A stretch of 64,000 bases of DNA from a virus, in IMG/VR virus record IMGVR_UViG_3300035698_001735, positions 32,001 to 96,000 of that record; one strand, 5' to 3'. Positions 50,907 to 59,956 of the stretch are shown here, piece by piece. Each line of letters begins with the position of its first letter. Positions within the stretch are counted from its first letter, which is position 1. Position numbers and translations under genes: made by a program. Below the pieces are notes generated by a model. It saw nothing but the letters and a program-made list of their open reading frames with translations, was not told the DNA's origin and made no database searches.

Positions 50907-50982
50907 TCCGGAGTAGCTCAGTTGGTAGAGCGTCGGGCTGTTAACTCGAATGTCGCGGGATCGTAACCTGCCTCTGGAGCCA
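50907..50982 (+). tRNA. tRNA-Asn(GTT)
   Basis: TCGGG-CTGTTAA-CTCGA, CCA. Confidence 0.88.
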
Positions 50983-50990
50983 ATTTTAAA

Positions 50991-51066
50991 TGGTATGTAG
51001 CTCAGTTGGTAGAGCGCCTGACTGTTAATCAGGATGTCGCGGGATCGTAACCTGCCATACCAGCCA
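50991..51066 (+). tRNA. tRNA-Asn(GTT), second copy
   Basis: CCTGA-CTGTTAA-TCAGG, CCA. Confidence 0.88.
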
Positions 51067-51082
51067 ATTTAAGGAGATTGAT

Positions 51083-51292
51083 ATGACTAAGTTAATTTGT
51101 AGTCGTGAATTTTTAGAAGATGCACTTCAACTTAATTGTCATGATATCAAAATCGAATCAGTCGAAATGATACAGCATAACGAGCTTGATGCAGTACAGC
51201 TTAATTTATCTGGATCAACCGAAGACAGAATCGCATTAAATTATACAAAGAATAAAGATGGTGTTATGACATCTAAAGTAGTAAAAGTATAA
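51083..51292 (+). CDS. Hypothetical protein within tRNA array
   Basis: AAGGAG SD. Confidence 0.6.
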   Translation: MTKLICSREFLEDALQLNCHDIKIESVEMIQHNELDAVQLNLSGSTEDRIALNYTKNKDGVMTSKVVKV

Positions 51293-51302
51293 CAAAGAAT
51301 AT

Positions 51303-51379
51303 CGGAAATTAGCTCAGTTTGGTAGAGTACACCGTTTGGGACGGTGGGGTCGTCAGTTCGAACCTGACATTTCCGACCA
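51303..51379 (+). tRNA. tRNA-Pro(TGG)
   Basis: CACCG-TTTGGGA-CGGTG, CCA. Confidence 0.9.
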
Positions 51380-51403
51380 ATTTAAGAAGTAGTAAAGTAT
51401 TAT

Positions 51404-51479
51404 CTCTCTGTAGTGTAGTCTGGTAACATGGTCCGTTTGGGGCGGAGCGTCCGAGGTTCAAATCCTCGCAGAGAGACCA
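51404..51479 (+). tRNA. tRNA-Pro(TGG), second type
   Basis: TCCG-TTTGGGG-CGGA, CCA. Confidence 0.85.
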
Positions 51480-51540
51480 ATTTAATAGTTGACATACAGT
51501 AATAGCAATGCTATACTTACTGTAGAAATTAACTAACAGA

Positions 51541-51615
51541 CGCAGGTCGGAGAAATGGTAACTCGCTAGGCTCATAACCTTGAGAACGTAGGTTCGATTC
51601 CTACACCTGCAACCA
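51541..51615 (+). tRNA. tRNA-Met(CAT), initiator-like
   Basis: C1:A72 mismatch, CTCATAA loop, CCA. Confidence 0.8.
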
Positions 51616-51623
51616 CTTTAAAC

Positions 51624-51699
51624 GCGGGTATAGCTCAGTTGGTAGAGCAGAAGGTTTCCAACCTTCATGTCAGGAGTTCGAGTCTCCTTACCCGCTCCA
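51624..51699 (+). tRNA. tRNA-Gly(TCC)
   Basis: GAAGG-TTTCCAA-CCTTC, T discriminator, CCA. Confidence 0.9.
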
Positions 51700-51707
51700 A
51701 GTTTTAA

Positions 51708-51783
51708 GGGCCGGTAGCTCAACTGGTTAGAGCACTCGACTCATAATCGAGAGGATAAGGTTCAAGTCCTTGGCGGCCTACCA
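51708..51783 (+). tRNA. tRNA(CAT), probably Ile2 (lysidine type)
   Basis: CTCGA-CTCATAA-TCGAG; GGGCC acceptor typical of Ile2; identity is inference. Confidence 0.8.
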
Positions 51784-51818
51784 CTATTTAAGAAGTATAA
51801 ATGTTAGAAAAGAGAAAA

Positions 51819-51893
51819 GGAGATGTAGCTCAATCGGGAGAGCGTTGCACTGTCACTGCAAAGGTAGCGAGATCAAAACTCGTCATTTCCGCC
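51819..51893 (+). tRNA. tRNA-Asp(GTC), no encoded CCA, followed by HEG
   Basis: TTGCA-CTGTCAC-TGCAA; ends GCCC. Confidence 0.8.
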
Positions 51894-51953
51894 CTTGGGG
51901 TATAAGAGTTTCGGTCTTATACCCGTTACTTGACACTGCGTATAAATACCTAC

Positions 51954-52829
51954 ATGTATTATACAATTTACCAAGTAACAAATAAAATCAACGGCAAGTG
52001 CTACATAGGAGCACATAGGACCAATGATTTAGATGACAATTATATGGGATCAGGTAAGATCTTAAATTATGCTATTTCAAAATATGGATTAGATAATTTC
52101 AAAAAAGAATACCTGCATATATTTGAAAATTCAGATGCTATGTTTAACATGGAGACAATGCTAGTTGATTGCGAATTTGTAAAAAGACAAGATACGTATA
52201 ATCTCAAGCTAGGAGGATTCGGCGGCTGGGATTACGTTAACAAGGCAGGGCTTAACAATTTCGGAAAAAACAAACTAGAAATTGCAAAGCTACTAAGCAG
52301 CAAGTCTAAAGGACGAAAGCCTAGTAGTAAAACACTAGCGGCTGCACGCAAAAGACATAGCGAAGGTGCGTATCGCCATACGTACTTCGGAAATAGAAAA
52401 AAAGACTACGACTATCGGTGCAAAGCGCAAACACCTGAAGCAAAGGCAAAGCGCTTAGCCTCGCAAGCTAAAATAGGCCATCAGCAAGGAAAAAGCAACT
52501 CGCAATACAACACTTGCTGGGTATACTGCAATGACACAGATAGCAAAAAAAAGATAAACAAAAAGATGTTGCCCGAATACATAGCTAACGGATGGGTTAG
52601 GGGGCAATACAATAAAGAGCAGAAACAGGAAGAAAAACGTAATCTAGCAAGCGCTAAGAAAAAAGAACTTATCGACATCCGCACTAAGCTAGCTAAAGAT
52701 TCACGAGATTTGTATATACACCTAGCTTATAGCTCGGTTAGAAAGTTTGTAAGAGATGGACATTACCCTTATTCCGTACAATGTTTACTGAATTTATGGA
52801 GAAGGTATATTCCTAATTTTGCTTTATGA
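51954..52829 (+). mobile_element. GIY-YIG (Seg-like) homing endonuclease
   Basis: TIYQVTNKINGKCYIGAH..DNYMGSG..TYNLKLGGFGGW; TATAAATA at 51941. Confidence 0.88.
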
Positions 52830-52834
52830 ATAAT

Positions 52835-52949
52835 ACACTTGAAGCTCACGGCGAGCACCTGACCTGCCCATTTAACGAAGCATGGTAATTATGCTTAGTT
52901 TGTGGGAGCCATTGGGAGGTAGGAAGTTCAAGTCTTCCCAAGTGTACCA
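52835..52949 (+). ncRNA. tRNA-like RNA with ~40-nt extra hairpin in the anticodon arm
   Basis: ACACTTG/CAAGTGT acceptor, GCTC/GAGC D stem, GGAAG-TTCAAGT-CTTCC T arm, ACCA. Confidence 0.65.
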
Positions 52950-52954
52950 TTTTC

Positions 52955-53080
52955 ATAGTTAGTTTAAGTACGCTCTTAACACGTGAGTTGTAGTCAAAAC
53001 TAATAGCGAAAGCACAGTAGAGGCCCGTCGACAGTTGAAGTCGTTAACAATCTGGATGATAGTGTGAGTAGCGGTACTAT
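52955..53080 (+). ncRNA. Candidate ncRNA, copy 1 of CGAAAGCA..TAGAGGCCC family
   Basis: Colinear motif blocks shared with 63208-63365. Confidence 0.45.
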
Positions 53081-53086
53081 ATTAAT

Positions 53087-53162
53087 GCACTTGTAGCTTA
53101 ATTGGAAAAGCGCCGGTCTTCGAAACCGGAAGTTGGAAGTTCGAATCTTTCCAGGTGTACCA
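53087..53162 (+). tRNA. tRNA-Arg(TCG)
   Basis: CCGGT-CTTCGAA-ACCGG, CCA. Confidence 0.88.
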
Positions 53163-53168
53163 TTTTAA

Positions 53169-53244
53169 GGCGTCCAAGCTAACCAGGTGGAAGCGCATGT
53201 TTGAAGAACATGAGGGCTCGGATCGATACCGAGGGACGCTACCA
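53169..53244 (+). tRNA. tRNA-Phe(GAA)
   Basis: CATGT-TTGAAGA-ACATG, CCA. Confidence 0.8.
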
Positions 53245-53367
53245 AGTTTTACTGTCTTAGATAGTAACAGAAAGAATGCTTAATCGGGGCTACGAACTTT
53301 TACTCTGCCCGAGGAGCGTTGCTGACATAGTTGGCACGCCTTTGTATTGTGATAGTAGTTTTAATAT

Positions 53368-53442
53368 GCGGGCGTAGCTCAGTGGTAGAGCGCAACTTTG
53401 CCGAAGTTGAAGTCGCGAGTTCGAATCTCGTCGCCCGCTCCA
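53368..53442 (+). tRNA. tRNA-Gly(GCC)
   Basis: CAACT-TTGCCGA-AGTTG, CCA. Confidence 0.9.
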
Positions 53443-53590
53443 AGTTTGCGGTAGTTTAATATAAGGTTCCTAAGTACACGGATACTAGAGAATACCTGCT
53501 TATTGAGGCAGGAGATGGTAGCAACGTTTAAGGTGGCCACCGGTTAACCTTGCGTGACTTAAATGCTCGCCCCACAAAGCCAAATTCAAC

Positions 53591-53666
53591 AGCAGTGTAG
53601 CTCAGTTGGCAGAGCAATTCCTTCATACGGATTAGGTCGGAGGTTCAAATCCTCTCACTGCTACCA
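53591..53666 (+). tRNA. tRNA-Met(CAT), elongator-like
   Basis: TCC-TTCATAC-GGA, CCA. Confidence 0.85.
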
Positions 53667-53673
53667 AGTTTAT

Positions 53674-53745
53674 AGGTCGGCCTCTGGTGTGGGGTTGAAA
53701 CTCCAAATCTCGACTTCCTCGGTTCGATTCCGAGCCGGCCTGCCA
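53674..53745 (+). tRNA. tRNA-Trp(CCA)
   Basis: AGGTCGG/CCGGCCT acceptor, CTCCAAA loop, short D arm, GCCA. Confidence 0.7.
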
Positions 53746-53767
53746 CTTACTCAGGATAAGTACTATT

Positions 53768-54160
53768 ATGAATGCAGAAAGTACATATTGTATAGAGCAC
53801 AACATTGACTACGACAGAAAGTGTCATCAGTGCGAACTAGCAAAAATTATAGACGGCACGATTATAAAATACTCATCTCGCTCACGTTTACCGCAGTACG
53901 CTATTGAAGGTAGCGACGGTTATTTGTACGGTTGGTTTGATATAGAAACAGCTGAACAAATATTAGCTGAGCTTGCGGTGATACGACTAAACAAAAATAA
54001 TATATTACCTTGTCCGTTTTGCGGAGCAGAGGTTGAAATGTGTCCTAACAACAGTTATGGTGATTGCATTATAGGATGTAATTGCGATCACGAACCAGCT
54101 GTCATCGAACAAATTGGTAAAGAGGATTCCTTGATTAGTAAATGGAATAGAAGAGCATGA
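53768..54160 (+). CDS. Hypothetical protein with C-terminal Lar-like zinc finger
   Basis: LPCPFCG....C.C....WNRRA. Confidence 0.65.
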   Translation: MNAESTYCIEHNIDYDRKCHQCELAKIIDGTIIKYSSRSRLPQYAIEGSDGYLYGWFDIETAEQILAELAVIRLNKNNILPCPFCGAEVEMCPNNSYGDCIIGCNCDHEPAVIEQIGKEDSLISKWNRRA

Positions 54161-54521
54161 AAAAATACTGCTAATGTTAACATTGTTACTGCCGTGCTTT
54201 GCATTTGCAGAAACCGACATGGATAAACTTGATTTTAGTCCAACTCGCGGAGAGAAGTTCATTGACTTTACTGCTACTAACAGTAAAACCTTTATTGAAG
54301 TAGGCATAGGAACAAACAACAGTTTGATTAATCCTGGGCAAGACTGGAATGACGGAGGCGGCACTGGTGCTTACATAGGCATTAGGCGAGAATGGAGTAA
54401 CGGGTGGGTTATACAACTGTCGCACTATAGTCAGTGGGAAATAGGTCCTCCGTTTAACAATAAAGAAGAGTCTTCGCTTGATCATATCGGGCTTGGATAC
54501 AGATTTCAAATTTTTAAATAA
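54157..54521 (+). CDS. Signal-peptide protein with outer-membrane beta-strand-like C-terminus
   Basis: MKKILLMLTLLLPCFAFA; ends IGLGYRFQIFK. Confidence 0.55.
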
Positions 54522-55137
54522 GGTACACATGTTAATGCAAGTTAAGAAGACAGTAGATCTACGTGATTCTAGTGGTGATATCAGAGGTATGTACGAACGA
54601 GAACTTGTAGAAAACTGCTCAACAACCAGTAGTAAGTATACTAATAATCTAAGAGCATTTGACGAGATGCTGCAAGAGATTGCAGACACTGCATTTAAAA
54701 TGGGCCAAGAGGAAGGCATGTAATCGATACAAAACTAGTGCCATCACTGAGTAAACTTATTATTAAAGTACTTGACAACGAAGCTAACTTTATGTTATAC
54801 TGTAGTAAGACTGCTAACTACCACAACGGCTTAGTTGGCTTTTATATGAAAAAGAAAAGATGCTTACTTACACTTATCTCGGCTAATGGAAAAATGTTGA
54901 CCGAGGAAGTAAAAACAAAAGACGTATTAGACTGGTACAATAACATATGATTGATGTAAAATTAGAAGCAGCCGAAGTCAACCTTATTATGAATCTCATG
55001 GAGGAAATGCGGAAGCCGGTGCCAAAAAACTTATGCGCCACGTTTTATAGAACTCTTAAGTACAATGGCGATGTAAAACTAAAAGAAATTGCAGATCGGT
55101 TAGCAAATAAGATTACTGCTAACTAAGAAAAGAATAT

Positions 55138-55217
55138 GGGGAATGGGACTGCTTGGGGTGGTCGCTGCACTTGCAATGCAGATATTCAGATCGGTTCGAA
55201 TCCGATATTCTCCACCA
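55138..55217 (+). tRNA. tRNA-Ala(TGC)
   Basis: G3:U70, CTGCA-CTTGCAA-TGCAG, CCA. Confidence 0.82.
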
Positions 55218-55222
55218 ATTAC

Positions 55223-55301
55223 GGTGTTGTAGCATACCGAAGAATGTGCTCGGTCTTAAAGGCCAAGAGAGTGGTAGGTTCAATTCCCCGTTTCTTCACC
55301 A
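55223..55301 (+). ncRNA. Degenerate tRNA-like sequence (TAA loop)
   Basis: D-arm-like TAGCATA..TGTGC, CTTAAAG loop, GGTTCAATTCC, ends CCA; poor acceptor stem. Confidence 0.35.
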
Positions 55302-55320
55302 AACAAGAGAGGGTACATTT

Positions 55321-55641
55321 ATGATAACCAGTGAATTTAGACAAAAGTTTTTTCAAGACACAGATCACACCGGGCGTCATATAGTAGTATCGTTTCGAAC
55401 CGGACGACAGTATTTTGTTGAATGTATTGAAGGACTTACACGCCGCAAGTGGGGAGACCTGAATCCAGCTACTGGCAAAGTAGAAGGACAGTACGGACAA
55501 AAGTATCGAGGGTGCATTGACGCAGCCGACAGCATGATCTCAGAAGAAAATGGATTTAAAAACGTACAGACGTTTGGTCCCGGAGAGAGTCCATATGCTG
55601 CGATCGACAAGCGCGATGCTACATATCCAGACAAAGTTTAA
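55321..55641 (+). CDS. Conserved phage hypothetical protein
   Basis: TD.TGR.IV.S.RTGRQYFVECI..WGDLNPATGK..YGQKYRGCI. Confidence 0.7.
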   Translation: MITSEFRQKFFQDTDHTGRHIVVSFRTGRQYFVECIEGLTRRKWGDLNPATGKVEGQYGQKYRGCIDAADSMISEENGFKNVQTFGPGESPYAAIDKRDATYPDKV

Positions 55642-55661
55642 GAAAGAAGCATAAGTATTAC

Positions 55662-55736
55662 GCTCTTATAGTTTAACTGGAAAAACAGGAGATTTGTAAC
55701 CTTCAGTTCTCGGGTCAGTTCCGAGTGAGAGCTCCA
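55662..55736 (+). tRNA. tRNA-Thr(TGT)
   Basis: TTTGTAA loop, GCTCTTA/TGAGAGC acceptor, CCA. Confidence 0.75.
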
Positions 55737-55741
55737 ATAAT

Positions 55742-55816
55742 TGGGGATTAGCTTAATTGGTAAAGCACCGGACTTTGAATCCGGTTTTACGAGTTCGAAT
55801 CTTGTATCCCCAGCCA
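55742..55816 (+). tRNA. tRNA-Gln(TTG)
   Basis: CCGGA-CTTTGAA-TCCGG, CCA. Confidence 0.9.
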
Positions 55817-55821
55817 CATAT

Positions 55822-55898
55822 GTCCCTATCGTCTAGTCGGCCTAGGACGCTGCTTTCTCAGAGTGGAAACGTTGGTTCAAACCCAGCTAGGGACGCCA
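55822..55898 (+). tRNA. tRNA-Glu(CTC)
   Basis: CTGCT-TTCTCAG-AGTGG, CCA. Confidence 0.82.
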
Positions 55899-55977
55899 TT
55901 TTTAGTAACAAACTTCTTGACATTTAACATTGCTAAGCGTATAGTACATGCTTAACAATTAATACACAGGGTAAGTT

Positions 55978-57021
55978 ATGTTTGATCACAGTGTGCAACG
56001 TATAGGCTTTGCCTGTAAATACAGATTCGAAGACTACACGCAGCCTAAAAAAGTTCGCGTAGCCGCCGAGGCGGTATTCAACGGTCGCTCTACAACCGCA
56101 GCATGGCTTGGACGACAAACTAAAGACGAAGCATACACACGCTTATATGAAATTGTAGTAGACAACGTACAGTGCTATTATAAGCTTGTAGAATATGCAA
56201 GCACGTTAGCGCCGCACTTACGCTTACTAAGGCTTGGTTCAGATGTGTTTCCTATGTTTACGCACAATGCGTGGAAATCGTTTTACACAGACACTGATAT
56301 ACTTAAAGTTGCAGAACGCGAACTTGCTAAAGTAGGTGCATTAGCTAAGAAGCACGATGTGCGCCTTTCTATGCATCCCGGGCAGTTTACAGTACTTGCT
56401 TCTGAAACAGAAAGTATTGTTATTAAATCTATTGAAGAAATGGAGTATCATGCTACAGTTGCACAGATGATGGGCTACGGTGATGTATGGCACGACTTTA
56501 AAATTAATGTACATATTTCAGGACGTAAAGGTCCGCAGGGTATATTAGATGCGTTACCGCGTTTAAGTACGCCAGCACGTAATATGCTTACTATCGAAAA
56601 CGAAGAAGTATCATGGGGCTTAGAGCAAACGCTCGAGCTTGCAGACAAAGTAGCACTAGTGCTTGATATACACCATCACTGGGTTCGCGAAGGTGAATAC
56701 ATTCAACCAACTGATGATAAATGGAAGCGCGTAATTGATAGCTGGCGCGGGGTTCGACCTACTATACACTATTCGTTATCGCGATTAGATGTACTACACA
56801 GTCACAACCCAGACATACTGCCTAATATGGAAGAACTGTTAGAACAAGGTTACAAGAAGTCTAAGTTACGAGCACACAGTGACACTATGTGGAACAATGT
56901 TGCTAATGACTGGGCTGTTACATTTTTACCCGACGCTGATATTATGGTAGAAGCTAAGCATAAAAATCGCGCATCTATTAAACTATACGAGGATCATGTT
57001 CATGTCACTAATGGGAAATAA
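55978..57021 (+). CDS. uvsE: UV damage endonuclease
   Basis: RIGFACK, LRLGSD, RLSMHPGQFTVLAS, TIENEE, LVLDIHHHW, RAHSD, IMVEAKHK. Confidence 0.92.
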   Translation: MFDHSVQRIGFACKYRFEDYTQPKKVRVAAEAVFNGRSTTAAWLGRQTKDEAYTRLYEIVVDNVQCYYKLVEYASTLAPHLRLLRLGSDVFPMFTHNAWKSFYTDTDILKVAERELAKVGALAKKHDVRLSMHPGQFTVLASETESIVIKSIEEMEYHATVAQMMGYGDVWHDFKINVHISGRKGPQGILDALPRLSTPARNMLTIENEEVSWGLEQTLELADKVALVLDIHHHWVREGEYIQPTDDKWKRVIDSWRGVRPTIHYSLSRLDVLHSHNPDILPNMEELLEQGYKKSKLRAHSDTMWNNVANDWAVTFLPDADIMVEAKHKNRASIKLYEDHVHVTNGK

Positions 57022-57319
57022 CGAACTAGAGATGTTTCAAGCTGCTATGGTAGAAGCAAGGCGCATGTCTGAAAATGGCGAAGAAGTTGACGAGAAGCAC
57101 ATTTTAAGAATGTCCTTAGAGTTTGCTTTCCAAAAAGGCGTTGAGGCCGGAACGCAGGTAAGCTGCGTTGCTCTTTTTAAGAAGCTAGTATCACACTACG
57201 GCAATGAACTAGGCACAGACATTGCAAAGCTAATTGACATTGGCAGCCCCGAAGATTTAGAAAAACACACAGCAGAAATACGTAAAAAAGTTCAAGACAT
57301 TAAAAAAACGGATCCTTAG
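57011..57319 (+). CDS. Hypothetical protein, 3' end overlaps tRNA-Val
   Basis: ORF; stop lies inside tRNA 5' end. Confidence 0.55.
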   Translation: MGNNELEMFQAAMVEARRMSENGEEVDEKHILRMSLEFAFQKGVEAGTQVSCVALFKKLVSHYGNELGTDIAKLIDIGSPEDLEKHTAEIRKKVQDIKKTDP

Positions 57320-57385
57320 CTTAGCGGCAAAAGCTTCTGGTTTACACCCAGAGAATCGCAGGTTCGAGTCCTGCAGGATCCACCA
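57310..57385 (+). tRNA. tRNA-Val(TAC), second copy
   Basis: TCTGG-TTTACAC-CCAGA, CCA. Confidence 0.85.
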
Positions 57386-57404
57386 TTTTAAGAGGCGCGT
57401 AATT

Positions 57405-57947
57405 ATGAAAGTTACTACGTTACACCAGCTTGAAAAATTTGCTATAGCAAACGCTACTTACATATTAGTAGCCGGCGGAATAGGAATTGGTAAAAGTCAC
57501 ATTATTTCTAGCGCTATGCCGTTCGTACCAATTATGGATATTGATCACGAAATGGACAAGTATGGCCTTACTAAATATAATGAAAAGAACATGTTACAAT
57601 GCAGGAAATCACTAAGCACTAAAATTAAGTCTATGATTGCGAACGGCGCTAGTTTAGTTGCTATGGGAACAGCGGCTGATACAGTGTTTACAATTGATCG
57701 CTTATACGGTGCAAAGCAAGCAGGCATGAAAACTGCACTAGTACACATTACCGCCCCGCACTATCAAGCGCGATTACAAAACGAAGCGCGACGCGAGCAA
57801 GGACGAAGAGCAGTGCCAGTAGAAGATGAATATCTTCTACGTCGTACTATTACCGAGTCAGCTATGACAGTTAGCACAGTTGGCCCATCCACTCTAGTAG
57901 ATATCTTTATTCACATTGACAACACAAGAAAGACAGTATTACTATGA
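57405..57947 (+). CDS. P-loop kinase-like protein
   Basis: LVAGGIGIGKS Walker A, DID, R..QG.RAVP lid-like segment. Confidence 0.65.
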   Translation: MKVTTLHQLEKFAIANATYILVAGGIGIGKSHIISSAMPFVPIMDIDHEMDKYGLTKYNEKNMLQCRKSLSTKIKSMIANGASLVAMGTAADTVFTIDRLYGAKQAGMKTALVHITAPHYQARLQNEARREQGRRAVPVEDEYLLRRTITESAMTVSTVGPSTLVDIFIHIDNTRKTVLL

Positions 57948-59134
57948 GAGCTAAAGATTTTGTAGCAGAAGCTACTAGAAAGTTAGAACCTGCGCAATTC
58001 CAGCAGCTCATTACTCCTGAAGTACAGCGTTTGGACAAAGCAATGTCACAAGCTGGATTTGAGGTACGCATCGTAGGCGGTGCTGTACGAGATCTCGTAC
58101 AGAGTAAAAATCCTAAAGATATTGATATGGCAACTAATGCTACTCCTGATGAAATGATGCAAGTCTTTGACGAAGCAGGTATACGCTACGAGCCAACTGG
58201 ATTACAACACGGCACGCTAACAGTTATCATTGACGGCGAGCCAATTGAAATTACTACACTGCGCATTGACACTGACCAAGACGGCAGGCATGCAAATGTT
58301 GAGTTTACTAAAGATTGGGAACTTGATGCACAGCGTCGTGACTTAACTTACAATGCAATGAGCATGGAGTTAGACGGGACACTGCACGATTACTTTGGCG
58401 GCGAAGAAGACCTTAAACAAGGTGTTTCTAAGTTTGTCGGAGATGCTGGATCTAGAATGGAAGAAGACTTCCTTCGTATTTTAAGATACTTTAGATTCCA
58501 GAGTCGACTAGGTTCTCCGCAATGGGACGAGCAAACGCTTGCTACTGTTAAAGAGAAGGCACAAGGACTTACAAAGATTTCCGGTGAGCGAATTTGGGCA
58601 GAGTTAGGCAAAATCCTATCCAGCGCAAACGCTGCTGACATTCTGTCAAAGATGGACGAGACAGGTGTTAGCAAACATATCGGCTTACGTGATTGGAGAC
58701 GAGGCAACTTAACTAACGTTAAGAAGTTTAGCAACGATCCGTTAATTGCCTTAGCAGCACTAACTAACACGATATTTGATCTGGAAGAATTAAAGGCGAT
58801 GTGGAAGTTTAGTAATGCCGAGTTTCAAGCAATGGCGTACATCATTGAGCACAGAGACGATCCTTTCGACGAAACTGTTGCCAAGAAGATGATGACGCAG
58901 CCTAAAGCAAATCCAGAGCACATTAAAATGCTCGCCTTGTCATTAGGCAAACAGGATATTGCAGGTATGTTGAAGACTTGGAAGAAACCTACATTCCCTA
59001 TCACAGGAAAAGATCTCCAAGCCGCCGGCATTAAACCAGGTCCTGACATGGGACGTATCCTAAACGTGTTAAGAAAAGAATGGGAAGAATCAGGATTTTC
59101 GCTTGACAAAGCTGCATTATTGCGTATAATGTAA
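57944..59134 (+). CDS. cca: tRNA nucleotidyltransferase (CCA-adding enzyme, class II)
   Basis: VGGAVRD, DIDMAT, EITTLR, DAQRRDLTYNAM, EDFLRILRYFRF, ISGERIW. Confidence 0.93.
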   Translation: MRAKDFVAEATRKLEPAQFQQLITPEVQRLDKAMSQAGFEVRIVGGAVRDLVQSKNPKDIDMATNATPDEMMQVFDEAGIRYEPTGLQHGTLTVIIDGEPIEITTLRIDTDQDGRHANVEFTKDWELDAQRRDLTYNAMSMELDGTLHDYFGGEEDLKQGVSKFVGDAGSRMEEDFLRILRYFRFQSRLGSPQWDEQTLATVKEKAQGLTKISGERIWAELGKILSSANAADILSKMDETGVSKHIGLRDWRRGNLTNVKKFSNDPLIALAALTNTIFDLEELKAMWKFSNAEFQAMAYIIEHRDDPFDETVAKKMMTQPKANPEHIKMLALSLGKQDIAGMLKTWKKPTFPITGKDLQAAGIKPGPDMGRILNVLRKEWEESGFSLDKAALLRIM

Positions 59135-59167
59135 TAATACAAAACACAAACTAACACAAGGAATACA

Positions 59168-59770
59168 ATGATACATAATAACTTGGTACCAATGGTTGTC
59201 GAAGAATCACCGCGCGGAGAACGTTCGTTTGATATCTTTAGTCGATTGTTACGTGAGCGAATTATATTTCTAAATGGCCCAGTTGATGATCATTCTGCAA
59301 ACATTATTTGCGCACAGATGCTATTCTTGGAGGCTGAAGATCCTAAGGCAGACATTGGCTTTTATATTAATTCCCCAGGCGGCGTTGTTACTGCTGGCAT
59401 GGCAATATTTGACACCATGAACTTTATTAAGCCCGACGTTAGTACATTAGTAATGGGGCAAGCATGTTCTATGGGATCGTTCTTATCAGCAGCAGGCACT
59501 ATCGGTAAGCGTATGTGTCTACCTACTGCGCGTATTATGATGCATCAGCCAAGCGGCGGCTCACATGGTCAAGCTACTGACATTGAAATACAAGCAACTG
59601 AAATACTACGCATTAAACGCGAGCTTACTGAATTCTATGCCAAGCATAGTACTACAGGCAAAACGTTTGAAGAATTTAGCGCAGCTATGGAACGTGATAA
59701 TTTTATGTCAGGCGACGAAGCAATGAACACCTGGGGTATTATAGATCAAGTAGTTACGCATCGCCCTTAA
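59168..59770 (+). CDS. clpP: ATP-dependent Clp protease proteolytic subunit
   Basis: [37 protein letters not shown]. Confidence 0.95.
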   Translation: MIHNNLVPMVVEESPRGERSFDIFSRLLRERIIFLNGPVDDHSANIICAQMLFLEAEDPKADIGFYINSPGGVVTAGMAIFDTMNFIKPDVSTLVMGQACSMGSFLSAAGTIGKRMCLPTARIMMHQPSGGSHGQATDIEIQATEILRIKRELTEFYAKHSTTGKTFEEFSAAMERDNFMSGDEAMNTWGIIDQVVTHRP

Positions 59771-59823
59771 AATATGTTAAAATAAGTGTTGACAACAACA
59801 CTTTATTAATGTATACTAATTAT

Positions 59824-59892
59824 GTCGCAGTAGCTTAATTGCAAAGCATTCCGTAAGGAAGGAAGCACAATCGAATCGTGCCTGTGACCCCA
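59824..59892 (+). ncRNA. tRNA-like RNA lacking an anticodon (GTAA tetraloop), with own sigma70 promoter (59789-59817)
   Basis: GTCGCAG/CTGTGAC acceptor, GCTT/AAGC D stem, TTCC-GTAA-GGAA, T-like arm, C-CCA. Confidence 0.6.
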
Positions 59893-59916
59893 TTTTAAAA
59901 TATGTTAAAATAATCG

Positions 59917-59945
59917 TTGACAACTGCGTTATTTTAGTGTATAAT
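59917..59945 (+). promoter_or_regulatory. Sigma70 consensus promoter of the repeat array/694-aa gene
   Basis: TTGACA-17-TATAAT with extended -10 TG. Confidence 0.8.
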
Positions 59946-59956
59946 GTATACATGAC

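Noticed and set aside
50208..55324. ORFs overlapping tRNAs (50208-50420, 50438-50635, 51309-51575, 51770-51985, 53563-53808, 55136-55324, 5' part of 55153)
   Set aside because: Shadow translations of tRNA genes
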